From: Paraspadella gotoi
Lineage: Eukaryota > Animalia > Chaetognatha
DNA length: 64,000 nucleotides
Direction: 5' to 3'
NCBI GenBank assembly: GCA_051294375.1
Contig: CM119271.1
Coordinates: 5,302,371-5,366,370, forward strand
Shown here: in pieces, positions 22,634 through 37,241 of the stretch
Layout: every line of letters starts with the position of its first letter
Position numbering within the stretch: the first letter of the stretch is position 1
Notes under the pieces: generated by a model
What the model was told of the DNA's origin: nothing
Seen by the model: only the letters and a program-made list of their open reading frames with translations
Database searches by the model: none
Made by a program: the position numbers and the translations under genes

Positions 22634-25600
22634 AGAAGAGAAGAGAGAGAGAGAGAGAGAGAGAGAAGAAAGGTGAGTGAGAGAACATAGTTGGCGGCGT
22701 TGAGTTTCTGTTTCCCTTTTTGGTTCTTATTTTTTTCGTATTGATTTCTTTTTATTTTTTGTTCTATTTTCGTTTGTTTGTTATCCCTCTGAAGTTTCCA
22801 TTATTGGCGACTTCAGCATCGAGTAAGGAGAATTTTAAGTGTGCGAACGGGCGGGAATGTAAAGGATGAAAGGGGCTGTCCGTCTGTTCCGTGTCGTCGT
22901 TCATCGTTGTTGTCCGCCGTGATTTACGTCCTTGTCGATTGTTAATCTTCGTCGTCGTTGTTGACGTCGTATTGTCGTCCGTCGTTAAGACGCGAATCAC
23001 GGAAAGTTGATTCGGATTCTGAGATGTCTGCGTTGTCCTTATTTGTTTTGCGTCTCTCATTTTTTTATTTGGTTTTCTCTTGAAAAAAAAAAAAAAACAA
23101 AGGTCGTTGAAAGGTAAATCAGAGTTTGCACGTTATTCGGTTTCGCCTTCCTATATAGTCCTTGATGTCGTTTTGTTTATTTTTAATGTCGTTGTTGTTT
23201 CCCCGGAATGAAAAAACAGAGGGATTCACTTGTTTTTTTTTAGTTGGTATTATCATTTTATCAAGAATCGTTTTTTTTTTGTTAGACTTGTTTTGCTATA
23301 GAAACTAGAATATCCAATAATCGATGAAAAGCATAAGTTATTATATCGATGAAATGATATCTGTGTTTGGTTATGACAGCGATGAAACGTCGAAAAACAC
23401 TTTTATTCAACCTGATATATAATTGGGGTCGATCGTTCAAAAATTCAACGGTAGATGCGTAAAATCAAATAATTCAATAAGTTTACGTAAAACTAACTGA
23501 AAACAGCAAATGCAGTCATCTTCTATCATCGTCGAAAACGAGGAGTCGTCATCGTTGTTATTTGTCGTCGTTCGATCAGAGTCTCGTCTGTCGTCAGCGA
23601 ACCGACATTAATCTTTATTTAACGGAGATATAGGAGAGAATTTTGGGAGAAAAAGTAGAATCCAAAGAAGATGTAATTTAAAATTATTTATAAAAACTTA
23701 GGTTTAAGAATAATTAGAAAAAAAAAAGAAGCGAAAGCGTAAGAATGGAAGTTACGTACGGAAATTCTAAAAAGTCAATAAGAAACAACTACCATCAGTG
23801 AAACATTTCAATTTGCAAAAAAAATATATGTTTTTATTAGGTTTTTGCGGAGCCAAGTAAAAGGCTATATTTTATAGTAGTTACTATCACGTTAAAAAAA
23901 TCGAAAAATTTCAAAATAGGCTTTTTCATTAATTTTGATTACAGATTTGAATTCCCTCGTCCAAAAGTTTGATAAAAAAATATACTCATTTAAAAAAATC
24001 TTATCTCCATTAATATGGGTTAAGAAAATTAAAAAAAAAACTATATTTGATATAAAAAAGTTAATTTTCACGACTTAAAATATTAAGCCTTTTACTAATT
24101 TTTGACCCAGCTTAAATGAAGGGAATGTTTAAAAAAAAGAGTTATAGGTTTCTTTTTATCACTATCTTTAATGACAAATCCAAATCTGCAAAAATGAATG
24201 CTAGAAAAAACTTTTATAAAAATTTTGAGCAAATTATTGGATTAGTACTGTACTATGTATGAATATGGACCTACTGCGTTAAATTGGTGAAATATTTATT
24301 CTAAATTTTTTTATACAAAATGTTCATAAGAATAGTGAATAGAATAAGTTGTACGATATCCTTACTTTTAAAATTTAAATCAAAGTTAAATTTAGAAATT
24401 AATAATACATGGAAGAAGAGAAGATAAATCATAAACATAAGCAAAAATTTATTAATATAACCCATACAACATTGAACCTTTGCAATCGAATAAGAAGAAA
24501 ACACAAATGGAGAGAGTGAAGAGATGAAGAAGAAGTGAATGATGCGAAATGATATGGAAAATGAGGCTACACGACCATCCTACTATCATTGAGACCAGGC
24601 GACCGGTAAACAGGATATGAAAGCTAATTGAAAGACCTCTACATGACTAATGACGGAGACGAACGAATGACGACGACGACGAAACGACGACGACGACGAC
24701 GAAACGACGAAAACGGCGACGGCGAAGACGTCACACGAGAAAAGAAAAACAAATCAAGAGGCAATCGTGAGCGGAAAGCCAGCGTGAACCGTCGATATCT
24801 CATCTTCTCTCTCTCGTTCTCTCTTCATCTCTCTCTTCTCTCATCCTCTCTCTCTCTCTACCTTTCTTTCTTCTTTACTTTTTTCTTTTCCTTCTTCTTT
24901 CTTCTTTCTCAAGGTTCTTCTATTCTTTCTTTTTTTATTTCATTTCTTTCTTTCTTATCTTTCTTTCTTTTTTTTTCTTTGCTTTCTTCTTTCTAATATC
25001 TTTCTTTATTTTTTTTTCATGCTGTCATTTATTAATTCTCACTGTTTCGACAGACTTTACCTAATAACTTTAAAACTAATTAACTTAACACAAATACCAA
25101 AGATTCAGAAAAAAAGTGTCCTAACTCAGAAGTAGGCACATTCAGAATCAAGCATAAAAATTAAAATAAAAATCTCTTATTATTCAATTTTGATGGAAAT
25201 CCAAGTTTCTTCTACAAATGATACTTTTTTTTGATGGCGGCATAAGAAGATAAAGAAATAAAAATAAGCCAGAGATGAACAAAAGCAAGAAAGATAGAAA
25301 GCAAAAAGAATAAAAGTAAGAAAGCAAGAAAGGGAGGAAGAAAGAAAGAATAAAGAAAGAAATAGAAAGAAAGAAAGAACAGAAAAAGAAGAAAGAAAGA
25401 GGAAAGAGAGAGGCGTATAAAATCAAAAACTAATTTAAATTGAAAGACGAAAAACAATTTTCTGGATTTAAAATATATCAATGGCTGATAGTAACGAAAT
25501 CGATCGATCCAGTTGAGCAGGATTTGTCTTCTGATAGTGTGCACGAAGAGCAGGGATTGTGGTCGTTTGAGAAGGGACTGACTCGTTTAATGCAAAAGCT

Positions 25601-27484
25601 CACGCTCATCAATACGCAGAGTTCTGTGGTCTATCATTTGTCGAGGACTAGTTGCGCACTTAGGAGGTGTTTCGACATCAGTGAGGTCGCCTGATGGATA
25701 CAAGATGTATTACTTGTATATTGTAGGACGTAGAGAGAGATGATGATGTGGGGAGGATTGAACGTGATGTGTTACGAATGAGATCGAGGAGGACGGGGCA
25801 GCGGAAGGATGGTGTTAGGAATGTACGAGTGTTAGTCAGCGGGTTGGTTGATAGGATCGTGAGCACGGCGAGTACGTGATGGCTACAGCGGAGTGAATGA
25901 CTGCGTATCGTCTAATTAGCTGCATAGCAGTCGGTTACGCTGATCAAGCGTGGGCTATGAGCTCATGGACGCCGAGTGATCACACGCTAGTGCGCGTCTG
26001 ATCTAGAACGAGCCCGTAGACATGACTGTTCGCTGGGCTTCTGGTTAGGCAGAGGCTACAGCGACTTGAATTTCGCACGGTGCGCAACGCCGACACGGAA
26101 GTACAGTCGACATAGCACGTATCAGCTCGGAACCTCGTCGACGTTCGCTACTGAGCTAGAGTTACTGATTGTCGAGACCTCTATGGAGGTTTACGCGTCA
26201 GTTGACATTGGGTGCCAGATTTCATCGAAGAATGTGTCGCGCTTCTGAGAGATCACCATGCGAGACAGGTGAGGTACTACTCGATCTCTCGAGTGCTTAC
26301 GACCTGTTTCTTAGTTCGTACCGATGTGTATGATTGGCGGACCGCGATCTAGCCGATTGGATGATTCAGAGCTGGTGTTCGCTGATCTATCACGCAGTTC
26401 TGTATACGGAATGTGTCTCTGGTGTCGGCCTATAGCTTCGTGGGTTGTCGAGGCCGATAGATTGTGATCTTCGTGTCGAACAGTAGGCGGAGCTCCGAGA
26501 AGTTCATTGGGCGGGAGGCGGCTTCGCGAAGGATGAAGAATGACTACATATGACAACGAACACAAATAACGACACAACGATGAGAAACGAACAACAAAAT
26601 GACGCCACGACCAAGAGATGACGAGAATAAACGCTGAGGACGACAATCGACGACGACGACGACCGAAGTAGACGACGATTATGAAAGATATTGACGTCGG
26701 TGAAATCTTCGGTATCTTGCGGGCTATCGTACGTCATCGTCGTCATGCGGTCGTCGTCATCGTCGTGTGCGATAATGGATGACATTCGTCAGTTGAAACA
26801 TTTTCTTCTGCTCTTCGTCGAAAACGAGAGAAATTTCGTTGGCAGCCGGAAAATTGTCGAAGGCTGAATTTGTCGAAGGGCGAAAAGCGATCCAGCGAGT
26901 TTGGTTGTCCTAGTATAATAATTTGTAAGATAACCACAATTGTTGCAAAGGGAAACTTTACTAAAATTCCTCCAATTGGCGAATATACGATATTTTTTTC
27001 TTCTTCTTTTTTTCTTCACTTTTTGCTGGTTGAGCAATATCGCATTTTCGAGTTTTAAATAACTGGGAATCATAGAACGGAAGTTTCAATTTAATGTTTT
27101 TGAAGAGATATATCGAGGGGAGGGAGCTCAGTGAAAAGAATAAAATGGATTTTTTGAAGGTCAATAATTGGGAGAAAATAAAAAAAGAAGAGGTAAAAAT
27201 TGATATGGAAGGAAAGTGGAGGGGGGCGAGGACGGTGAGAGGTGAAAGGAAAGAAAAAGGATAATGGAAAGATGGAGTAGAAAGAAAGAATAAGGAAAGT
27301 TTAAATCCTGAGGAGAAAGAATTTCAAGACGAGGAAAGAAATGTAGGTGAATTAAAGAAGGGACCGGAGGGCTCGGGAATAAGAAAGAAAAAAAGAGATT
27401 AAAGGTAAGATAGCTGAGAGAGAGAGAGTAGAGAAGAGAAAGAAACGGGGGTAAATTCTAATTTTTCTGTATACTTTGATGAAT

Positions 27485-27711
27485 AAGGCGCTACTCGTGG
27501 GCTGAAGAATGACTGCCGTAACTTCTATAACCCCTCTAGCAGCCGATGGAACGGGTCCCTGGGCTTGAATCCAGGCTTGAGGGTTTGCCATGCCCCCAGA
27601 GCGGCTTACGCCCTCCTCTACCTACTCACAGGGTAGGATACCGCGGTTGCGCGATTGAAACCCGGTACCTAGTGGTCATTGAGCTGATGGCTTTACTAAT
27701 GAGCCACCGGG
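27485..27711 (-). mobile_element. tRNA-derived SINE (duplicate of 38365-38584)
   Basis: Indel-rich copy of the element at 38365-38584. Confidence 0.55.
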
Positions 27712-27941
27712 TCAACTGAAAGTGTCATGAGTTCTAGGCGGGGTGAACCTAGGCAATGCTCCGACTTTACATATTGAATATATCTATGAATGTAAGAAGC
27801 TATAAAATGGCAACGATCCGACGTAGCGTTTACTCTTGTGGAATATCACTTGTCGCATAAATAGCGAGTGCTTTCAAATAAAAGACACAAAAAGGGAATC
27901 TTAACAACTGAAATTTGAAAATAAAAAAGGGCGTGTGAGAT

Positions 27942-28029
<88 letters not shown>

Positions 28030-29237
28030 ATGAGCAGAAATGGCGGATGTGAAATACTCCTGGAGGGAAACCGTGATCGCACCGTTCGGCCTCACATTGG
28101 GGCCTCGAGAGGATTTTAGCCAAGTCACAGTGATCCGCTTTTTTGTTCGACGTCACGTGATCAAAACGTGAGGAAGCGTGAAAATCCTTTTGCAGCGCAG
28201 AGAAGATTGAGAGGCGCGAAATCGTTTAAACATTTTAATATTAAAAAAAGATCAAGCAGACAAGATGGTATATAAGACTAACGCGAAATGTTTTAATTGG
28301 CAATATTAGAAAAGGGAACAATGAGCTTTTATAGTTTTTTTTATCTAATTATTTTTTTTATTGTTGATAAATCGATCTCCTCCATGAAATGAGTTAGACA
28401 AAATGGTGCGAATTTAAAAAAAAATATTTCATAACGTTATTAGGTAATTTTCTCTCTCAATTTTATTAACCATCAATGTTTGTCAGCCAATAGTTTTTTT
28501 TTATAACATTCGTTGGACGAAATTCGTTTCGCTACATTAGTTTCTCGATCCAGCACGTCTTTGAATTTAAATTTCCGTACCTGAATCTCGGCGAAAGAAT
28601 TGATCTCTCTCTATTCGCGATGGTAAAGTTAACAACTAGCACGACCGACGATCGAGAGTCTCAGTGATTGCTTCGGGCCACCGGTTCAAGAAATGCAGAA
28701 ATATGAGCAGCGGCCAGGATGAAAAATGAAGGACTCACGGAAAACTATTAGCCATTTTGAAACTAATCTCTAATCTCTACTCTCTGATCTCAAATGTCTA
28801 ATCTCAATCTCGAAACTTACTTAACATCACATTAAGCACACGACATATGAAAATGCATTCTAATTCACCAACTTCGGGGACTTGCACCGATTCTGCGAGA
28901 GAACGAATGTGAAAGTGGAAGCAGGAGGAGGATGAGGAAGAGGAAGGAGGGGGAGGGACAATGAAAGGAATGGAGGAGGAGAAAGAGAGGACAAGGAAGA
29001 CGACAACACAGAGAACTGTGAAAAAGACTCGATTCGCAAAATTAACTCCGGGATTAAGCCAGGATTTCTTAAACTTTGTTACTTTAAACATAACTCTGCA
29101 GAACAAGAGATTCTCCAACTTTGCGCCTTCTTGAAAAAAAAGGTCGACATTGAAAAAATTCTTTCAAATTCAGAAAAAAAAAAAGAAAAAAAATCGAGAA
29201 ACGAAGGAAAGGGAAATCAACTTTGGCGCGCAGACCA

Positions 29238-29485
29238 GCGGCACGCCCAGCATTTGCTTAGTTTGCAGACCCCGGCGTGCATAACTGCACCCGAAAGTCT
29301 CTTAGTAGCGCCTAAACGGCGGTAAGAGGCTCGAGCGTCGATCGGCTGTACCCCTACTTTGTTTAAGCTGCAAACCCCGGACGTCCTAGAAGCAACCCCA
29401 GTGGACTAAAGTAACCCATCTGTCGCTAAGCCGGCCCAACCGGCGTGCGTTTAGCGAGCAGCCCATAGCGCCGCCCCGGCGTCGC
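29238..29485. repeat. Degenerate 21-bp tandem repeat (duplicate of 40038-40275)
   Basis: Recurrent GCACCCCGGCGTCG-like units. Confidence 0.7.
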
Positions 29486-31903
29486 GGTCATTTTCCTCGC
29501 TCGTAAAAAACCTTTCGATGTCGTCGTTTCGTTCTTTCGTCGTCGTCGTCGTCGTCGTCGTCGTCTGCTCTCTCGCCAAAGGTCCTTGCTTGTCGGTCGT
29601 GGTCGTCGTCGTCGTCGTCGTCATCAGTTGCCGGTTCAAGGGCGAGTTCGTTACGAGACTCGCCCTTCGTCTCGCTACATAATTCAGTCGCGACGTCGAA
29701 AGACCAACGACGAGACGACGACGACGACCAATTCGCCTTTTGGAGAGAGAAGAGATTAGACGAACGAACCTCGAAAACTTTCTGCCGCCGAATTCGGTCA
29801 CGTGACGTGGTCCAAGACGACGACGACGAAAACAGCCGACAAGTGACTGCAACGGTTGCGAAGACGACAAAGACGAATTGGCGACGACAAGAACGTCGAC
29901 GAAGAGTTTGGTCAGAAAATTGAAACGATGATGATGATGACGATGACGATGACGATGATGATTATGATGATGATGGATGATGATGATGATGATGATATGA
30001 TGATGATACAAGCGATAATAGCGCCATAAAAAATGACAACGTTAACGATCCTATTGGCGTAACTCATAGAAGCAGGAAATATGTACGTACATGTGACAGT
30101 GTCGTGTTGACATGTTTAATAGTCTTAATAAAGACGACGATGTCGGCGACAATAGTAATGAGTTTATAGGTATTTTGGCATTTTGTGATCAAGTCAGAAA
30201 GGACCTCGACAGGGACGACCACGGGGGACGACGAACGACCGACGACGACGACGAAAATCAAGTTGATCTGGCTTCGGTCGCCGAAGCGAATAGACCAAAT
30301 GAAGATGGAAAACAGGTTAGCTCTCGCTCAGTTGGACTGATTAGGATGGGGATGACAGCGCGGGGGGGCGGGTAGAAGGGGAGGAAAGGAGGGAGGAAGG
30401 AAAGGAAATGGGGGAGAGAGGAAAGGAAAGAAGAGAGGAAGGAAAACTAGAAGGAGGGCGGTATGCAGAGTAGAATAAAAGTGGAAGTAATTTTGAAAAA
30501 ATTAAAAAAGAAAAAAAAAAGATTGGGGAGATTCGAAGAAGAAAAGAGGGAACGTGAGAGAAAGTAGAGAGAAAAGAAAAGATAAAAAAAAAAAAGAAAA
30601 AAAAAGGGAAAAAAGAAGAAAGGAAAAAGGAAGAGAATTCCTCGGTTTAGAAAGTAAAATGAGAAAGAGAAGGAGGAATGACAGAGGGGGGAGGCCATTC
30701 GCTCGTTTCACGTGGTCGTTTCGATCGGCCCACTTCTCCTTTCCTTTTTTCCCTTCGATTTTTTATTCCTTCGATCTTTTGGGTTTCGATCNNNNNNNNN
30801 NNNNNNNNNNNNNNNNTTTTTTTTCGGATAACGAGCAGCGAGCCTCGCGTCGTATTGAGTGAGAGTGAGAGGGAGAGAGCTAGAGAGAGATAGCGAGAGA
30901 GAGAGAGTCGTATCGTTGCAATGCAGAGGACCCTGGGTATTTTGTTGCGAAGTTCGAAAACTGGAAAAAATAGAGACAAAAAATAGAGTTAACGCGGGTT
31001 AATTTGACGAATCACACGGTTATCAAATTTTCATCGCCTGTNNNNNNNNNNNNNNNNNNNNNNNNNNNNNNNNNNNNNNNNNNNNNNNNNNNNNNNNNNN
31101 NNNNNNNNNNNNNNNNNNNNNNNNNNNNNNNNNNNNNNNNNNNNNNNNNNNNNNNNNNNNNNNNNNNNNNNNNNNNNNNNNNNNNNNNNNNNNNNNNNNN
31201 NNNNNNNNNNNNNNNNNNNNAAAAAAAAAAAAAAAATATCGAAAATTAAAACGGTTGGGCGAAGTGACGATGGGGATAATGAAATTTGGGGCCGCAAAAG
31301 TTAGACGGCGACGTAATGGCGCCGCAAATGGCAATTAAAAACGAGGTCAGGGCGCTGGAAAAATGCGAGACGGCGAGGTCACGGCTCTGCACCTTATAAA
31401 ATAACGTGGGTCGAAGCAGCGAAAATTGCGTAATCGCGAAGCCGAAAAAAGTAGCAGATGACGTGGACTTAAGTCCCGAAATCAATAACCCGGTAGACGG
31501 CGTGGCGGTGGCACCGTAAACAGGCAGAAAGCATGGCAGCGGTTCCCGAAACAGGTAGAAGGCATGGCCGCGAGATCGCGAACGGGTAGTCCCCATGGAA
31601 ATGGCATGGCGGCGGAGCCTCAAATTGTATTTTCCGGTCCTATTGCGTTTAGAACCCGACAGAGAAAAAAAAATGGCGGCCATGAAAGGAAAAAAATTTC
31701 GGCGGCGAAAAAATTATCGATTTCTTTTTTTTTTTTGGTTTTGTTTTTACTTTGAAATAGAAAAAAAAATATTCAAAAAAAGGGGAGGAAAGGAAAAAGA
31801 GAGAGAAGAAAAAAGGGGAGGAAAAGGAAAAAGAGAGAGAAGAAAAAGGGGAGGAAAGTAAAAAGAGAGAGAATAGAANNNNNNNNNNNNNNNNNNNNNN
31901 NNN

Positions 31904-34280
31904 AGGAGAGTAGTATGAGTGTCGAGGACACGTCTTCGTCTGCGACAAGACACTCTCACGACAGTGAAGCAATAGCAAGATATTAGATTTTTCCCGGGCG
32001 TCTCCATTGCAAGGCGCGATCTCGATATAACCAGAACACAGAATATCATATTTCGCGGATCGATAGCACCACTCAATTATCATACAAACGTTATGGACTT
32101 TTTCTATTCGGTGGAGCGAGCAGGAGCGGCGAGGCACATTTTATTCGAGACTCTCGACGCTTTACTCTTAAAGTCTTGCTTAAGTCAGTCAACCGCAAAC
32201 GGAGACAAGAATCTCTAGCAACAATGAAAGCGGAGAGGATCTTCTTTGAGTACATTAATATGTAAATACCAACCAAAAACAGATCTCACAAGAAGATGAC
32301 CGTCCTCTATGTTCATTGTTCTTCCCGGGGAAACAACAACGACATTAAAAACAAACGACATATCGCAAAGGAACGCTATTCTAGAATGTCACGGAAGTTA
32401 ATGAATTAATAAGCGTATTGACAAAACACGAGGATTATACCTTAACTACAAAATCATAAAACGAATGAGATTTCTCTTATTATCTTGTCTCTCTCATATG
32501 TTATATATATACAAAGAAAGTAAATAATAGATGAGCATGCATACGTATCAAAGCACATCCAGAGCACAACGCAGACAATGCAATGACACGGCGAGCAAGT
32601 TTGAGCAAAATCAACTTTCACCAGACACGAAATCATCGATTCGCCTCTCCAACTAGACGACAGGACAATTACGGGCGAAGCACGTTGCAAACGCTGAGAG
32701 AGACGAGAGAGTTACATTCAAAGGCGAGTACACATTGTCTTTAGGAACAAGAAATCAACTACCTCAAGCAGGCGGTAAACGATGAGCGCTGACTAGCTAA
32801 CACCTTTTGTCCGCAAACTCTGATCCCGGTTAAGACAACGTACGCGCAACTGACGACAAACTTTTTGAGAAGTCGGCAACAAGTCATACCTTTTCATCCT
32901 TGTAAACAATGATGCCATGATTTAAGTGCCTTATTGTTTAGCAGTCGCCACGCAGCAAATCCTGGCCGAGAGTGCAGGAGGAATTGTAAGCAAAGGAATA
33001 CTTCAAGAGGAAAACAGAACAACGACAAAAGAACAAAAACAAAATACAGAAGATAACTTGAAATTAAAAAAAAGTATATCATATAAAGGGAAAGCACGCT
33101 ATGAAACTTCACACAAGTACTGAGGGTTGTGCCTAAACTATATGAATATTATGCTTCGTATAGTCAAACAAAGTACAACTCACTACGCTAATCCTATCAT
33201 CTCACAATTCTCTCTGACATCTGGTTGAACTCTCCGCTCTTCTGCGGCATCTCTGCAGTCTCTCGCATCTCGCATCTCTTCCTCATCATCGAAATCCAGG
33301 TCTCTTCCTATCTTCGGCGTCTGGTCATTTCAGCTCTCTCTTAATCATCTTACCTCTAATATGCCTCTCTATCTCTCTCGTCGTCTCATCTGCTCTCTTC
33401 TCGTCTCTCTCTCGTCTCTCTCCATCGTCTCCTCTCTCTCTTCGTCTCGTCTCTGGCTCTCTTCCTTTTGTTGCCTCAGACAACATTGCTCCATCAGTTA
33501 TTTACACCATCGCGGTAGTTTTTAACTACTCGGTCGATTTCATGTCTGCACCTATAGTATTAACTAATTCACTGTGTTTTTACTTCTCCTTCTTTTATAC
33601 AACTTTCCGGGAATGCAGACAGGCAGCGCGAGCACGTTTTTTGCTTACGCTCTCATCTTTGTCATTTCGACACTTTCCATACGCTCTCTCTTCGTGTTGT
33701 TGTTGTTTTTCGGCCGTCATCCACGGTCTTGGCGTTTTGTTCGCATCGTTCGCTGCATTCCCCTTTTTATTTACTCAGGTCTCTTTTCTCACGTTCCTTG
33801 TTCCTCTACATCATTCTGTTCTCCTTCTGGCTTACTCTGGTCGGCTGCCTTTTTCCCTTTTTTTCACTCGACCGGTCGCAGACCTTTGTTTCCTTCTGCT
33901 ACTCTTTTTCCACATTTCCATCCCTTTTTCGTTCATCGTCCCTCTTTTGTCTCTTTCCTACACCTGCTTGTGTTTCATGCTCCTCTGCTTTTTCCTTTCC
34001 CGGTCGCACCATATTTTCGTATTGCGTCAATCCTCCTTTTTTCCCATTTGTCCGTCACCTTTTTTTCGCTATCTGGCTGCCTCTTTGTTGTCGTTGCCTG
34101 CATCCGGTCCCTTTTTTTCATTGTTCTCTCAAGTGCCTTTTTTCCATTTGTCCGATCGGCCGCGCTTTGTTCTATTCTGGCGCGTCTGTTGTGTTTCCCT
34201 TTCCTGCCGCTCATTTTTTCTTCTCTCTTGCGTTGTTTCCTTTCCCATCCGTCATTTCATCTATCTGTCTGCTCGTTCTA
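31904..34280 (-). other. Low-quality reverse-complement pass of adjacent sequence (artefact)
   Basis: CTTCCCGGGGAAACAACAACGACATTAAAAACAAACGACAT (~32321-32361) is the exact reverse complement of ~34996-35036; noisier matches 33000-33050 to 34616-34665 and 33490-33610 to 34300-34385; starts at a 25-N gap. Confidence 0.75.
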
Positions 34281-34399
34281 AAAGAGAGAGAAGAAAAAAC
34301 GGAGGAAAGTAAAAGGAGAAGAAAAAGAAAGTAAACTGTGAGACATGAAACGAGAGTAAAACTACGCAGGTGTAAATAATGAGCATGTTGCGAGAAAAA

Positions 34400-34431
<32 letters not shown>

Positions 34432-36329
34432 NNNNNNNNNNNNNNNNNNNNNNNNNNNNNNNNNNNNNNNNNNNNNNNNNNNNNNNNNNNNNNNNNNNNN
34501 NNNNNNNNNNNNNNNNNNNNNNNNNNNNNNNNNNNNNNNNNNNNNNNNNNNNNNNNNNNNNNNNNNNNNNNNNNNNNNNNNNNNNNNNNNNNNNNNNNNN
34601 NNNNNNNNNNNNNNNGTTTGTTCTTTTTTTTTTGTTCTTTTTCGTTTGTTTGTTTTCCTCTGAAGTTTCCTTTGCGCTTCGCATCGAAGTGGAGATTTGT
34701 GTGCGACGGCGGGAATGTAAAGGATGAAAGGGGCTGTCGTCGTCGTTGTCGTCGTCGTCGTTGTTGTCGCCGTTGATTTCGTCCTTGTCGTTGTTATCTT
34801 CGTCGTCGTTGTTGACGTCGTAATTGTCGTCGTCGTTAAGACCGAATCGCGGGAAAGTTGATTCGGTTCTGATGTCTCGTTGTCCTTTTGTTTTGCGTCT
34901 CTCATTTTTTTTTTGGTTTCTTTGGAAAAAAAAAAACAAAGGTCGTTGAGGAATCGTTTGCACGTTTATTCGGTTTCGCCTTCTTTAGTCCTTGATGTCG
35001 TTTGTTTTTAATGTCGTTGTTGTTTCCCCGGGAAGAAAAAACAGAGGGATCCTTGTTTTTTTTTGTTGGTTTCTTTTTATCAAGAATCGTTTTTTTTTGT
35101 TGCTGTTGTTGCTATAGAAACTAGAAACTATCCAATAATCGATGAAAAGATAAAAGTTGTTATCGATGAAATGATATCTGTGTTTGGTTATGACGCGATG
35201 ACGCGAAAAACCTTTTTCACCTGAATTTTGGGTCGAGTCGTTCAATCAACGTAGATGCGTAAAATCAAATAATTCATAGTTTTACGTAAACTAACTGAAA
35301 ACAGCAAATGCAGTCATCTTCTTCATCGTCGAAAACGAGGTCGTCATCGTTGTTATTGTCGTCGTCGTCGTCGTCGTCGTCGCGACCGACATTATCTCTA
35401 TTTACGGAGATATAGGGAGAATTTTTGGGAGAAAAAGTGAATCCAAAAGAGATTAATTTAAAATTAATTTTAAAAACTTAGGTTAAGAATATTAGAGCGT
35501 AGTGGAAGTTACGTACGGAAATTCTAAAAGTCAATTAAGAACAACATACCATCAGTGAACATTAATTTGCAAAAAAAATTATGTTTTTTAGTTTTCGCAG
35601 TAGGCTATATTTATATATAGTACTATCCTTATAAAATCGAAAAATTTCAAAATAGGCTTTTCTTAATTTTGATTACAGATTTGAATTCCTCGTCAAAAGT
35701 TGATAAAAAAAATATAACTCATTTTAAAAAAATCTTTCATTAATTGGGTTAGAAATTAAAAAAAAACTATATTTGATATAAAAAAGTTAATTTTCAGCTT
35801 AAAATATAGCTTTTTCTAATTTTTGACCCACTTAATGAAGGAATGTTTTAAAAAGAGTTATATTTCTTTTTATCAACTTTTTATGACAAATCCAAATCTG
35901 CAAAAAAATCTCAGAAAAAACTTTTATAAAATTTTACAATTTATTGGATTAGTACTACTATGTATGAATATGGCCTACTGCGTAAATTGTGAAATTTATT
36001 CTAAATTTTTTTTATACATAAATGTTCATTAGTATAATGTTGTTCGTTCCTTACTTTTAGAAATTTAATCAAAGTTAAATTTAGAAATTAATATACATGG
36101 AAGAAGAGAGATAAATAATAAACATAAAGCAAAATTTATTAAATTATACCCATACAACATTGACTTTCGGATCGATAAGAGAAACAAAATGGAGAGAGTG
36201 AAGAGATGAAGAGAGTGAATGATGCGAATGATATGGAAATGAGGCTCACGATCATCCTCTCTTGAGACCAGGGACCGGTAACGGTAATGAAGCTAATTGA
36301 AAGCCTCTACTCTATGACGGAGACGACGA

Positions 36330-36362
<33 letters not shown>

Positions 36363-36918
36363 CGACGGCGAAGACGTCAACACGAACAAACAAGAGGCAA
36401 TCGTGCGGAAGCAGCGTGAACGTCGATACTCTCTCTCTCTCTCGTCTCGTCATCGTCCTCATCTCTCATCTTCATTATCTCGTTCGTCTCTCTCCTCCGT
36501 CCCTATTGTACCTGGACTAAACGCTTACTTGTCTTCTTCTTTACTTGTTTGTCTTATTCCTTTCTTTCTTCTTCCTCGGGTTCTTTCTTTCTTTCTTTCT
36601 TTCTTTCTATCTTTCTTTATTTTTTTTCATGCTGTCATTTATTAATTTTCTTGTTTTCCGACTTTACCTAATAACTTTAACTAATTAACTTCCCAAAATA
36701 CCAAGAATCAGAAAAAAGTGTACTCAGGTGCACATTCAGAATCAGCATAAAATAAAAACAAAAATCTATTTTCATTTTTGATTGAATCCAAGTTTCTTCT
36801 ACAAATGTACTTTTTTTTTGATCAGGCATAAGAAGATAAAGATAAAAATAGCCAGAGAGAACAAAAGCAAGAAAAATAGAAAGCAAAAAAGAATAAAAGT
36901 AAGAAAGCAAGAAAGGGA

Positions 36919-37004
<86 letters not shown>

Positions 37005-37153
37005 AGGAAAGAGAGAGCGTATAAAATCAAAAACTAATTTAATTGAAAAGACGAAAACAATTTTTCTGGATCTAAAATTATCATGGCTGTTGTCGAAATC
37101 GATCGATAATCAGAATCTTAAATTCAAGTTCATATCAAGTACATTAATTATTT

Positions 37154-37241
<88 letters not shown>

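Larger units (their letters stand above)
20390..30791 (+). repeat. Copy 1 of ~10.5 kb tandem duplication (mostly error-rich)
   Basis: Starts TTTTCCGGATACGAGCAGCGAGCCTCGCG and ends CGATCTTTTGGGTTTCGATC, as does 30817-41576; colinear landmarks (SINE, 21-bp array); followed by a 25-N gap. Confidence 0.9.

Noticed and set aside
31246-31683. 145-aa minus-strand ORF as first exon of the Ig gene
   Set aside because: No recognisable motif, the acceptor differs between the two copies, and the donor phase does not match the next candidate exon.
33542-34334. Three overlapping 200-256 aa hydrophobic ORFs
   Set aside because: Inside a noisy reverse-complement read of a purine-rich tract.
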